From the IMG/VR virus record IMGVR_UViG_3300046007_001549: a stretch of DNA of 64,000 nucleotides; one strand, 5' to 3'. Origin of the DNA: an uncultured virus (IMG/VR IMGVR_UViG_3300046007_001549). Its lineage: Duplodnaviria > Heunggongvirae > Uroviricota > Caudoviricetes. A program made the translations under genes and the position numbers. Within the stretch, counting starts at the first letter, position 1; every line of letters begins with the position of its first letter. Under the pieces are notes generated by a model, which was given only the letters and a program-made list of their open reading frames with translations, made no database searches and was not told where the DNA came from. Of the stretch, positions 29,086-37,829 are shown piece after piece.

Positions 29086-29459
29086 TGTCTACCGATACTA
29101 CTGCTATCCTTGTTGACCTGTTGTATGAGAAGATCGAACAGCGGATGAAGTTTGCTAACTATGCTACTAAGCAGGAGATGGCTGAGCTGATTACCAATCT
29201 TATTACCGATCAGATTGCTACTAAGGTTGAGTCTACTGTTGGAGATACCATTACTAAGATGGTGCTTGATGTCATTAACACAGATGATTTCCGTAAGGAG
29301 ATTAACACTATGGTTAAGGATGCATGTGAGCAGGTTGTCCGTGACTATGTTGACTCTGATACCTTCAACTATATCGTTGAGGATAATGTCAACGACAATG
29401 TTCGTGAGCTGATTGAGAATGCTGTGTCCGATTGTAATGTGGAAGTTCGGGTAGTCTAA
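29085..29459 (+). CDS. Helical hypothetical protein
   Basis: TAATG coupling, SD GAGG. Confidence 0.7.
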   Translation: MSTDTTAILVDLLYEKIEQRMKFANYATKQEMAELITNLITDQIATKVESTVGDTITKMVLDVINTDDFRKEINTMVKDACEQVVRDYVDSDTFNYIVEDNVNDNVRELIENAVSDCNVEVRVV

Positions 29460-29689
29460 TGAAGGATACCGCAGTCTTTACTTACTGGAAGGATTGGCTT
29501 AATGGATTTGAGATTGATGCGAGTAGGATTCCACAGTCCGACTTCATTGAATGGGTTGAAGATATGGAAGAGATTATTGGAGATGCACTCATCGACTGTA
29601 TTCCCGATGAATGGGAACAGTATGAGTACGAACAGACTCCCGTTGAGGAATGGGAAGATCTGCCAAACGAAAACGACGAAGACGATTAA
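29459..29689 (+). CDS. Highly acidic protein (DNA-mimic candidate)
   Basis: 26 D/E versus 3 K/R in 76 aa (hand count). Confidence 0.65.
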   Translation: MKDTAVFTYWKDWLNGFEIDASRIPQSDFIEWVEDMEEIIGDALIDCIPDEWEQYEYEQTPVEEWEDLPNENDEDD

Positions 29690-29699
29690 GGAGATTTAA

Positions 29700-29900
29700 A
29701 TGTCTGACACTACCTTTGCTTTTGTTCTGTTTGTTATTCTTGGTGCTACCATGTGGTTCATGGTGTGGATGATTACCAAGGAGATGGATATCATTAAGGA
29801 TCGGATTACTGGTCTGTCTAACTATTGTACGCTGCTTGAGAAGCAGGTTAAGATGCAGCGGGAGAAGGTTATCCCCGGTATCAAGAGTAAGAAGAAGTAA
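29700..29900 (+). CDS. Membrane-anchored small protein
   Basis: SD AAGGAG; N-terminal TM then coiled coil. Confidence 0.7.
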   Translation: MSDTTFAFVLFVILGATMWFMVWMITKEMDIIKDRITGLSNYCTLLEKQVKMQREKVIPGIKSKKK

Positions 29901-29906
29901 TCTATT

Positions 29907-29982
29907 GGAAGGGTGGCTGAAAAGTAGATAGAGCGCATGCCTTATAAGCGTGAATATGTGGGTGCAACTCCCGCCCCTTCCA
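29907..29982 (+). tRNA. tRNA-Ile(UAU), atypical
   Basis: Acceptor GGAAGGG/CCCTTCC-A; anticodon arm CATGC-CTTATAA-GCGTG; T-loop TGCAACT. Confidence 0.8.
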
Positions 29983-29987
29983 TGTTT

Positions 29988-30061
29988 GTCCCTGTAGCTC
30001 AATTGGATAGAGCAATGACCTTCTAAGTCATAGGCTATAGGTTCGATCCCTATCAGGGATG
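29988..30061 (+). tRNA. tRNA-Arg(UCU)
   Basis: GTCCCTG/CAGGGAT; D-arm GCTC-AATTGGATA-GAGC; ATGAC-CTTCTAA-GTCAT; TTCGATC loop. Confidence 0.95.
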
Positions 30062-30189
30062 CTCCTTGTAGACCAACAAATCCCTCATGCGTTATGATAT
30101 ACAGCGCGACTTTCAACCCGCCAAGGTATCATAAAATAAAGGACATGATTAAACTAGGAGTATAAGTTCTGATGGGTCTTATACTTTAC

Positions 30190-30262
30190 GGCATCGTAGT
30201 CCAATGGCAGAGACACTCGACTTAAAATCGACCAAGTGTGGGTTCGAATCCCACCGATGCTA
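30190..30262 (+). tRNA. tRNA-Leu(UAA) with short variable loop
   Basis: GGCATCG/CGATGCT-A; TCGA-CTTAAAA-TCGA; 5-nt variable loop; GTGGG-TTCGAAT-CCCAC. Confidence 0.9.
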
Positions 30263-30264
30263 TT

Positions 30265-30337
30265 GGGCTGGTAGCTCAACAGGTAGAGCAGTTGACTTTT
30301 AATCAATTGGTTGAGAGTTCAAGTCTCTCCCGGCCCA
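30265..30337 (+). tRNA. tRNA-Lys(UUU)
   Basis: GGGCTGG/CCGGCCC-A; GTTGA-CTTTTAA-TCAAT; GAGAG-TTCAAGT-CTCTC. Confidence 0.95.
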
Positions 30338-30356
30338 CTCTTTAGAAAGGATTGTA

Positions 30357-30731
30357 ATGGGTCTTGATACTTATGCGTATGTAGATAGAGAACCGATGGC
30401 TGAGACTTTGTTTCCCGAGAGTTGTATTCATCTTTGCGGTGGTATGTTTAGTGGTGGTGGCTCCTCCTTCAGAGGTAAGGTATACAATAGTTTCATTGAG
30501 TCAATCTCAGGCGTGACTTTGTATACCGAGAAGATGTCTAACGAGGATCTCAATATGATTGTTGACTCCCTCAAGAACATCATTGATTCCTATGACAAGG
30601 ATAGTCACAAGGATTACAATGATATGAATTACTTCTACGAGTACTGTGTTACTGTTGCTGAGGTGAAGGCTTTGTACGCATGGTTTAATACTGTCAAGGA
30701 ACATAACGGTTTTGTTGTGGGTTGGTGGTAA
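30357..30731 (+). CDS. Conserved phage protein (MGLDxY type)
   Basis: MGLDTYAY..SFRGKVY..GWW; SD AAGGA. Confidence 0.7.
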   Translation: MGLDTYAYVDREPMAETLFPESCIHLCGGMFSGGGSSFRGKVYNSFIESISGVTLYTEKMSNEDLNMIVDSLKNIIDSYDKDSHKDYNDMNYFYEYCVTVAEVKALYAWFNTVKEHNGFVVGWW

Positions 30732-30745
30732 ACAAAAGGAACTAC

Positions 30746-31033
30746 ATGATTATCTCTACGAGAACGCAGACTGTTGGTGATGTGAATGACTACTGCATTA
30801 TGCAGGGTATCTTGAGTAAGAACATTACTACGGGTGAGATTGAGGTTGCCTTGTCTCTCATCAAGATGGATGGGGAGATGGGCTTTACTTGCATTAAGCA
30901 GCAGAAGCTTACCAAGAATGACATCAATAACCTTAGCATGGTTCTTTACTACTTACAGAGTGACTATGAGCGAGCAGAAAAAGAAAACCGAAAAGAGTGT
31001 GGACAAGGACAAGCCCAAGAAACCACGGCTTGA
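30746..31033 (+). CDS. Hypothetical protein
   Basis: SD AAGGA, ATG 30746. Confidence 0.6.
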   Translation: MIISTRTQTVGDVNDYCIMQGILSKNITTGEIEVALSLIKMDGEMGFTCIKQQKLTKNDINNLSMVLYYLQSDYERAEKENRKECGQGQAQETTA

Positions 31034-31103
31034 TCCTTATAAGCGGAGTAAGGTACGCGACAATGATCGTCATGGTCGCTACGATGAAGATGATACCTAT
31101 TAA
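30966..31103 (+). CDS. Small charged protein
   Basis: MSEQKKK..KPRLDPYKR; fills the gap before the DUF932 gene. Confidence 0.45.
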   Translation: MSEQKKKTEKSVDKDKPKKPRLDPYKRSKVRDNDRHGRYDEDDTY

Positions 31104-31112
31104 AGGAAACTA

Positions 31113-32093
31113 ATGGCTCACAATATTACGGATACTGATGGCGCAGTCTTTCATAAGGAGGCTGCATGGCACGGGCTTGGCGTTGTGATTAATGAGGAGA
31201 TGTCTCCGACCGAGGCTATGAATATTGCTGGTCTTAATTGGGATGTCTTTAAGGTTGGCCCTGTTAGTGCGGGTGATGCTGAGTCTGATGAGTACAATGC
31301 TATCGTTCGTGGTGATACCAATACTATCCTGTCGATCCAGTCTCCTGACTACAAGATCATCCAGAATAGTGAAGTGTTTGACATGGCCTATCATCTTGGT
31401 GACAAGATTCAGGTTGAGTCTGCGCTGTCTATGAATGGTGGTCGCCGTCTGGTTGTCCTTTGCCGTACTGGTACTATGCATGGGGCTGGTGGGCGCGATC
31501 CAATTGAGAAGTATATGGCCCTCATCAATAGCCATGATGGTACGCTTGCCATGTCTGCTCTTCCTACTAGTGTGCGTATCGTGTGTCAGAATACTCTGAG
31601 CATGGCTATGGCTGCTGGTATGAAGAAGTCTTTCCGCATCGTGCATACTGGTGATATGAAGAAGAAGCAGGATGCTATGGCTGATGCCCTTAAGTTCTAC
31701 GCCAAAACTGGTGAGCTGTTTGAGGAGAAGGTTACTACCCTTGTCCGCAAGGAACTTACCAAGTCTGACATTCAGAAGTTCTGGATGGATGTGTGGGGTA
31801 TGATTGAGGAGCCTATCGTTACCAATCCTCAGTCTGAGTCTGAGTATGCCAACTACCTGAAGGCTACTACTACGATTGCTAAGTGGGCTGAGGTGTTTGA
31901 TACTGAGCGGCAGCAGCTTAGCACGACTGCTAATCTCTGGCTTGCTGCTAACGCTGTTACCAATGAGGTTCAGCATCGTATCCCTGCCCGTGGTAAGAAG
32001 CCTACCTTTGAGTCATCCGCTTACAGCAATCTCATGGGTAAGAATCAGGACACCACGATTGATGTTATGAAGTACGCTCTAACCCTTGCTTAA
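31113..32093 (+). CDS. DUF932-family phage/plasmid protein
   Basis: AWHGLG, AGLNWDV, YKIIQN, NSHDGT, VRIVCQNTL, ANLWLAANAVT motifs. Confidence 0.9.
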   Translation: MAHNITDTDGAVFHKEAAWHGLGVVINEEMSPTEAMNIAGLNWDVFKVGPVSAGDAESDEYNAIVRGDTNTILSIQSPDYKIIQNSEVFDMAYHLGDKIQVESALSMNGGRRLVVLCRTGTMHGAGGRDPIEKYMALINSHDGTLAMSALPTSVRIVCQNTLSMAMAAGMKKSFRIVHTGDMKKKQDAMADALKFYAKTGELFEEKVTTLVRKELTKSDIQKFWMDVWGMIEEPIVTNPQSESEYANYLKATTTIAKWAEVFDTERQQLSTTANLWLAANAVTNEVQHRIPARGKKPTFESSAYSNLMGKNQDTTIDVMKYALTLA

Positions 32094-32103
32094 GGAGAAC
32101 ACT

Positions 32104-32322
32104 ATGGCTAATAAGAAGAAGACTAAGGTTGTTAATTATCAGAAGCTTTATTACGACTTACTTAATAGTACTGATGCTTGTCTTGCAGATCTCTTGGATA
32201 TTAAGGGTCGTATATTTGCTGGCGATATTACCCATGCTGATCTTCAGGAAGAGTTAAATGCCGTGTACTATAAGTTATCTGGCAAGATGGATGTTCTTGA
32301 CCAACTTGAGGATGGTGACTAA
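32104..32322 (+). CDS. Hypothetical protein
   Basis: SD AAGGAG, ATG 32104. Confidence 0.65.
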   Translation: MANKKKTKVVNYQKLYYDLLNSTDACLADLLDIKGRIFAGDITHADLQEELNAVYYKLSGKMDVLDQLEDGD

Positions 32323-32798
32323 TGAATATCTTTGTGCTTGATAATAGTCCAGAGTTTGCAGCCAAGTACCAATGCGATAAGCATGTGGTTAAGATGGTTC
32401 TTGAAACGGCTCAGCTTCTATGCTCTGCCCATGAGACTGCCCCTTATAAGCGTACTCATTACAACCATCCTTGTGCTGTCTGGACTAGATCAAGCATGGG
32501 TAATTACAACTGGCTTGTGCAGCATGGGCTGGCACTTGCACGGGAGTACACCTTCAGGTATAATAAGATTCACAAGAGTACTGAAGTCATCGAATGGGCG
32601 TGGCAAAACAAGCCTAACATACTAGACCTTGGCTTGCTTCCCTTTGCTCAGGCTATGCCTGATCAGTACAAGAATCCTGATGATGCTGTGTCTGCCTACC
32701 GTAATTACTACATGAATGAGAAGGCTCGTATTGCTACATGGACTAAGACCGAAACCCCGTACTGGTATGTAGTGGAGGTGCTTAACAATGTACATTGA
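32322..32798 (+). CDS. Pyrimidine-dimer DNA glycosylase/endonuclease V-like family protein
   Basis: MNIFVLD..CDKHVVKMVLETAQLL..THYNHPCAVW..AQAMPD..AYRNYY. Confidence 0.8.
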   Translation: MNIFVLDNSPEFAAKYQCDKHVVKMVLETAQLLCSAHETAPYKRTHYNHPCAVWTRSSMGNYNWLVQHGLALAREYTFRYNKIHKSTEVIEWAWQNKPNILDLGLLPFAQAMPDQYKNPDDAVSAYRNYYMNEKARIATWTKTETPYWYVVEVLNNVH

Positions 32799-33138
32799 CA
32801 GAAACCATCCTGAGCCAAGCAGCTATGAGTGTAGTTGCTTTACCTATCAAGACCCTGTTGATACTCTCTGTTCTCATTGTCGTAAGATTAGACTTGATTG
32901 GGAGCAGGGACAGAAGGCGTTAGATGAATTGGCTAAGTTAGATGAAGAGCTTGATCTTATGCATGAACAATTTAGATATCACGAATACCTTCGGTTTGAT
33001 ATCTGGACTAAGGAATTGCATGATGATCAGTATTACGCATCAGTGTTGGATTATGTAAAGAAGAAACTTGAACCTTACAGGAGGAAGCCTAATGCCAAGA
33101 ATGTGGGAACAACTGACTCCGCAGGAACAGGAACATAG
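32788..33138 (+). CDS. Hypothetical protein with CxC..CxxC
   Basis: SD GGAGGTG; putative zinc site. Confidence 0.6.
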   Translation: MYIDRNHPEPSSYECSCFTYQDPVDTLCSHCRKIRLDWEQGQKALDELAKLDEELDLMHEQFRYHEYLRFDIWTKELHDDQYYASVLDYVKKKLEPYRRKPNAKNVGTTDSAGTGT

Positions 33139-35563
33139 AACTAAACTACAAGTAATTGGTGAGGAAGATATGCTTGTGCTTTCTGAACGCAAGTATTGGG
33201 AAACCTATGAAGCCAATCCAGATGAGGGTTTGCCTGAGCAGACTCTAATGGATGCGTGTGTCATTCACCTGACCCCTTACTATCAGCAATGGATTGATAC
33301 CGTATCTCAGAATAGAAAGACTCCTGATTGGGCCTTCCCTTTGTTTGCCGTTGGTGCAGCAAAGATGGCAGACATTACTGTTCGTGCTCTGATTCTTGAG
33401 TGGTTCAATGCCTCGCTCTGGGACAGGAAGTATGAGAATGATTTGTTTCCCCTACCTACAGCGCAGCACATTGCCCATGTTATTTCTGAGATGGTGATTG
33501 AGATCGTTGCATATCAGCAGGCTAAGAAACAATTCAAGCAGGATTGGTTGAAGCAGTCGCACTACCAAAAGAAGTGGACACCTAAGCGTTGTCGCGCCTT
33601 TGCATATAAGGTAGGCACTCTCAATAAGAAGCAGTTTACTAGAAAGCAGCGAGAAGATTTCGGACACCATATGCTACGCATTGCTGAGATGTCTGAGATC
33701 ATCGTGCTTAAGAACATTAGAAAGCATACTGGCAAGCGTTGGTCTGAGCGTGTGGTTGTTTCCTTTACTGATGACATTCTTAAGGAGCTGCATAAGCGAC
33801 ACCGTGATGTGATTGCCAAGGCTGCATTACTGTATCGGCCTATGCTTGTGCCTCCTGTACCACACACCATCGACAATAGTGGTGGTAATCTACTGCCCTA
33901 TGTTCGTAAGCCTGTGGTTCAGAAGTTCAAAGACTTGATGTGGGATGAGAAGATTGTGCAGCGTGGTAGTACGCCATCTCAAATGGTGATTGATGGTCTT
34001 AATGCATTGATGCATACTGAGTGGGCCATCAATACCAAGGTACTTGAAGTGATGGAGAATCTATTCAAGAACAACACAAGAGATGCTAACCTACCAGCGT
34101 ATGAGTTCTCAGCGTTTGATTTTGCCGATCCTTATCCAACTGATGGAACAAAGGAAGAGCAAGCCAAGTGGTGTCAGAAGAAAGAGGAAGCATACTCTTC
34201 ATGGTACAAGGAAGAAAGATCCCGTGGTCGTATGCTTGTCAGGCTTCAGCTTGCCAAGCAACTGGCCGAGTACAAGTTCTTCTACCAGATTTATACATGT
34301 GACTTTCGTGGTCGTGCTAATGCTGCCTGTGATCTGTTGTCTCCACAATCAGGAGACTTTGATCGTGGTCTGATTATGTTTGCGGAGCCACGAAAGCAGA
34401 CACCAACTGGTATGTATTGGTTGAAAGTACATGTTGCCAACCTATTTGACCAAGACAAAGTTCCCTTTGATCAGCGTGTCAAGTGGGTCGAAGACAACAT
34501 GGATATGTTCAAGCGTATCAATGAAGATCCATATGAACACCGCAAGTTATGGGTGTCAGACAAGAAGAAAAAGAATCCTAGTTTCCAGCGTATCGCTGCC
34601 ATCTTTGATCTATGCAGAACCGATGGGCTTACCCAGATTCCTGTACAGATGGATGGATCATGCAATGGTGTGCAGCATTGGGCTGCTCTCATGCGTGACG
34701 AGGTACTGGCAAAGAAGGTTAACCTTGTTAGTGTGACCAAGCCAGAAGATCTGTATCAGTATACTGCTGATATGATGAGCGAGGCTATGGCTTCTATTAA
34801 AGAAGAAGATTCAAACAAAGGGCGGTGGGCTACCCGGTTCATTGAACATTGGGGAGACAAGATTGATCGGTCTGTTTGTAAACGGGCTGTGATGACTGAT
34901 CCCTATGGCGTAACCTTCTACGGTATTCGCAGATACTGTAAGACGGAAGGCCACCTTGATTGGGTAGGTAAGGAAGAGATTGCTGGCGCTGTGGCTGAGC
35001 TTGCTACCTTTATCTTTGATGCCCTGAAGGGTACATTGGTTGAGGCTAACAAAGGTAAGGCATGGCTTAAGCATGTTGCTGACATGGCTAGCGAGACAGG
35101 TAAGAATGTTGAGTGGACTACGCCTTGTGGATTCAAGGTTGTCCACCAGTACTATGAGATTATGACTCGTCGTTCGGTAGCCAAGCTGTTCGATATGAAA
35201 GAGTTACACTTTGGCTCACCCGATAAGGAATCTATTGATGGAACTTCAGTTAATCTGGCTATCTCTCCAAACTACATACACTCGTTGGATGCGAGTCATA
35301 TGTGGTCTACCATCAGACGAATGATTGATTCAGGTATTACACAGTTTAGTATGATCCACGATTCGTATGGTTGTCCTGCTCCCGATGTTAATCTAATGAG
35401 AGCATACACCAACGAAGAGTTTCACAAGATGCATCAATCGAATCTACTTGATGCCATGCGAGATGAAGTCTCAACAAAGTTAGGTATTGATGTACCAGAG
35501 ACACCGCCTACTGGATCGTACAATATCAATCAAGTGCTGGACGCGGAGTACTTCTTCCAATGA
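33092..35563 (+). CDS. T7-type single-subunit RNA polymerase
   Basis: DFRGR, DGSCNGVQH, RSVCKRAVMTDPYG, PNYIHSLDA, IHDSY; SD AGGAGG before ATG 33092. Confidence 0.98.
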   Translation: MPRMWEQLTPQEQEHRTKLQVIGEEDMLVLSERKYWETYEANPDEGLPEQTLMDACVIHLTPYYQQWIDTVSQNRKTPDWAFPLFAVGAAKMADITVRALILEWFNASLWDRKYENDLFPLPTAQHIAHVISEMVIEIVAYQQAKKQFKQDWLKQSHYQKKWTPKRCRAFAYKVGTLNKKQFTRKQREDFGHHMLRIAEMSEIIVLKNIRKHTGKRWSERVVVSFTDDILKELHKRHRDVIAKAALLYRPMLVPPVPHTIDNSGGNLLPYVRKPVVQKFKDLMWDEKIVQRGSTPSQMVIDGLNALMHTEWAINTKVLEVMENLFKNNTRDANLPAYEFSAFDFADPYPTDGTKEEQAKWCQKKEEAYSSWYKEERSRGRMLVRLQLAKQLAEYKFFYQIYTCDFRGRANAACDLLSPQSGDFDRGLIMFAEPRKQTPTGMYWLKVHVANLFDQDKVPFDQRVKWVEDNMDMFKRINEDPYEHRKLWVSDKKKKNPSFQRIAAIFDLCRTDGLTQIPVQMDGSCNGVQHWAALMRDEVLAKKVNLVSVTKPEDLYQYTADMMSEAMASIKEEDSNKGRWATRFIEHWGDKIDRSVCKRAVMTDPYGVTFYGIRRYCKTEGHLDWVGKEEIAGAVAELATFIFDALKGTLVEANKGKAWLKHVADMASETGKNVEWTTPCGFKVVHQYYEIMTRRSVAKLFDMKELHFGSPDKESIDGTSVNLAISPNYIHSLDASHMWSTIRRMIDSGITQFSMIHDSYGCPAPDVNLMRAYTNEEFHKMHQSNLLDAMRDEVSTKLGIDVPETPPTGSYNINQVLDAEYFFQ

Positions 35564-35823
35564 AAGGAAAGATCTACCGTGTCAATAGCGAAGGTGCTAT
35601 GGAGGAAGCTGTTAAGATGTTCATTCAATTAGCCGCATCCAAAAAGAAACGAAAGAACATTTCCTTTTGGTTTCCTAATGAACAATTTAGCGACATGTTC
35701 TTACGAGCTGCTTATACAGACTTCTCGTTCAAGAATATTCCTCCTCAGCCTGACATGAACATTAACATTTACATTGAAGGAAGCGACAAAGATGACGATC
35801 TGGAAACCGAACAAGATGCTTAA
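35560..35823 (+). CDS. Hypothetical protein
   Basis: ATGA coupling to the RNAP gene. Confidence 0.65.
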   Translation: MKGKIYRVNSEGAMEEAVKMFIQLAASKKKRKNISFWFPNEQFSDMFLRAAYTDFSFKNIPPQPDMNINIYIEGSDKDDDLETEQDA

Positions 35824-35983
35824 CGGTAAGAGCTGGCGTTGGGGTGATCTGTATGATTCGTGGAATCAGACACAGAAGGATCACTTTGATGGAATCATTG
35901 ATGTCTATGCACCGCAGCCAAATGGCATGCCATCCATAGCACAGCAATGGAAAGAAGATTACAAACGGAGACACCGTAAATGA
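35792..35983 (+). CDS. Hypothetical protein
   Basis: SD AAGGA; coupled to the next gene. Confidence 0.55.
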   Translation: MTIWKPNKMLNGKSWRWGDLYDSWNQTQKDHFDGIIDVYAPQPNGMPSIAQQWKEDYKRRHRK

Positions 35984-36636
35984 GTAGGGTATTAGTTGTT
36001 GGAGATACTCACTTTCCTGCCGTGCTTGACGGCTACCTTTCTTTTGTCAAGGAAGTAAAGAAAGAATACAAGTGTGATCGTGTTGTGCATATCGGTGATG
36101 TCATTGACCACCATTGCATTTCATTCCACACTAAACACCCGGATCATCCCGGTGCTGTAAGTGAATACAAGCAGGCAGTAGAGTGCATCAAAGAGTGGAA
36201 GAGTTCATTCAAGAACTTAGTTGTCACGATTGGCAACCACGATGATAGAGTGCGAAGGATCGCTGGTGATGCTGGTATCCCTGACTTTTATCTAAGAGGT
36301 TTCAATGAAATTTATAACACAACTTGGCAATGGATTAAGAACATCACTATTGATGGTGTGTTTTATTATCATGGTCTTGGGGGTGGCGGCTTGTATCCTG
36401 CTTTTAACACTGCTAAAGCTATGGGTATTTCTGTGGTTGCTGGTCATCATCACTCTTGCGCCGGAATCAACTGGCAAGTTAGTCCGCTTCATGCAATCTT
36501 TGGAATGAATGTCGGCTGTGGTGTAGACCGCAAGCATCTTGCCATGAAGTATGGCGAAGACCACATCAAGAAGCCCGTGATTAGTTGCGGTGTTGTCGTT
36601 GATGGCAAGCCGTACATGGAAATGATGGAACTTTGA
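35980..36636 (+). CDS. Calcineurin-like metallophosphoesterase
   Basis: GDTH, GDVID, GNHD, HG and GHHH motifs. Confidence 0.9.
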   Translation: MSRVLVVGDTHFPAVLDGYLSFVKEVKKEYKCDRVVHIGDVIDHHCISFHTKHPDHPGAVSEYKQAVECIKEWKSSFKNLVVTIGNHDDRVRRIAGDAGIPDFYLRGFNEIYNTTWQWIKNITIDGVFYYHGLGGGGLYPAFNTAKAMGISVVAGHHHSCAGINWQVSPLHAIFGMNVGCGVDRKHLAMKYGEDHIKKPVISCGVVVDGKPYMEMMEL

Positions 36637-36644
36637 ATAACCAA

Positions 36645-36668
36645 CCCGATGGTTGGGGCTATAGATAA
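36645..36668 (+). promoter_or_regulatory. Candidate phage RNAP promoter, copy 3 (intergenic)
   Basis: CCCGATGGTTGGGGCTATAGATAA upstream of the SSB operon. Confidence 0.7.
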
Positions 36669-36698
36669 GATCTATTTATCAGAAAGGAGATCATAAAA

Positions 36699-36881
36699 AT
36701 GTCCGATACTACTACAGAAACTCAGACTGCAACACAGGAACAGGTTCCTGCAATCCGTAGCGATAGCGTAGTTGCTTACCTGAGTGGAATGGCTAGCGCA
36801 CTAAGCGCAATCGTTAACGACCTGAATACTCAGGTTGCTCAGATTACCGAGTCAATGAATAAGGAACCCAAGAATGGTTAA
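36699..36881 (+). CDS. Hypothetical protein
   Basis: SD AAGGAG. Confidence 0.65.
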   Translation: MSDTTTETQTATQEQVPAIRSDSVVAYLSGMASALSAIVNDLNTQVAQITESMNKEPKNG

Positions 36882-37410
36882 TAATAAGATGAAGAAGATG
36901 CCGCCGTTTGTTACCGAGGTTGTCGATGTTAAGTGGAGTAATCTACTTAAGCCCGACACAGCTTTCGGTGAGGCATCTGCCAATCATAACATTACTGTTG
37001 TGATTACCAAGACACTTGAGAAAACCCTTGCTGACATGCTCAAGAAGTCTGGTGCTAAGAAGATCAACGGTATCATGGAGAAGGATGGTATCAAAACTCT
37101 GAAGGCTAAGAGCCGTGTGTTTGTCGAGCAGGGCAAGTTTCCCTGCGTAGACTCTCAGGCTACTGAGACTGATGCTGTTCCATTCGGTGGCGATAAGGTC
37201 AGGCTTAAGCTTGCACCCGCTGTCTTGTCCCGTGATAACAGTCTTAGCCTGTATCTGAATGGTATTCAGATCGTTGAGAAGAATGCCAACAATATGACAG
37301 GCACTGGTAGCAGCGGGTTTGACGCTGTTGATGGTGGGTTTGTTGGCGCAGTCGCTTCTAAGCCTGCGCCCGAAGTCGAAGAGACTGAGGACGAAGACCT
37401 TCCCTTCTAA
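36874..37410 (+). CDS. ssDNA-binding protein (gp2.5-like)
   Basis: L.KPDT.F, GGDKVRL, SLYLNGIQIVE, acidic tail ending DEDLPF. Confidence 0.9.
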   Translation: MVNNKMKKMPPFVTEVVDVKWSNLLKPDTAFGEASANHNITVVITKTLEKTLADMLKKSGAKKINGIMEKDGIKTLKAKSRVFVEQGKFPCVDSQATETDAVPFGGDKVRLKLAPAVLSRDNSLSLYLNGIQIVEKNANNMTGTGSSGFDAVDGGFVGAVASKPAPEVEETEDEDLPF

Positions 37411-37784
37411 TGGAATGGAAGTTTAATATCAATCCGGTTGCCGCATCCCGGCCACGGGTTGGTAAATGGGGCGCATACTACACAGGAACCTATAAGGATT
37501 TCCGAGAGGAAGCCACGGGTATTGTGTATGATGTTCTTGGTAGTAACTTTACCCCTCTCTCTGGAGAGCTAGCTGTAAGCATAGAGCTATATGTGAAGCG
37601 ACCCAAGACCACTGAAAGAGGATGGCCGAAGGCAGATATCGACAACTTTGCCAAGGCAGTCTTAGATGTAATGAATGGAAAGATCTGGGACGATGACTCT
37701 CAGATAACTACACTACATGTTTCTAAGCAGTGGGCCTCTAAAGGAGAAGACGGATACTTTGTGTTATCCGTTAATGACAATTGA
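37410..37784 (+). CDS. rusA: RusA-like Holliday junction resolvase
   Basis: SRPR, PKADIDNFAKAVLD, WDDDSQI. Confidence 0.9.
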   Translation: MEWKFNINPVAASRPRVGKWGAYYTGTYKDFREEATGIVYDVLGSNFTPLSGELAVSIELYVKRPKTTERGWPKADIDNFAKAVLDVMNGKIWDDDSQITTLHVSKQWASKGEDGYFVLSVNDN

Positions 37785-37816
37785 AAGTGGAGGGGTTAAT
37801 TCCCCTCCGCTTTTTT
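37784..37816 (+). terminator. Intrinsic terminator
   Basis: GTGGAGGGG-TTAATT-CCCCTCCGC then TTTTTT. Confidence 0.8.
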
Positions 37817-37829
37817 CTAAAGGAGAACA

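Noticed and set aside
31110..31976. 288-aa minus-strand ORF and other antisense ORFs in the track
   Set aside because: Shadows of + strand genes caused by codon bias; no motifs or SD support
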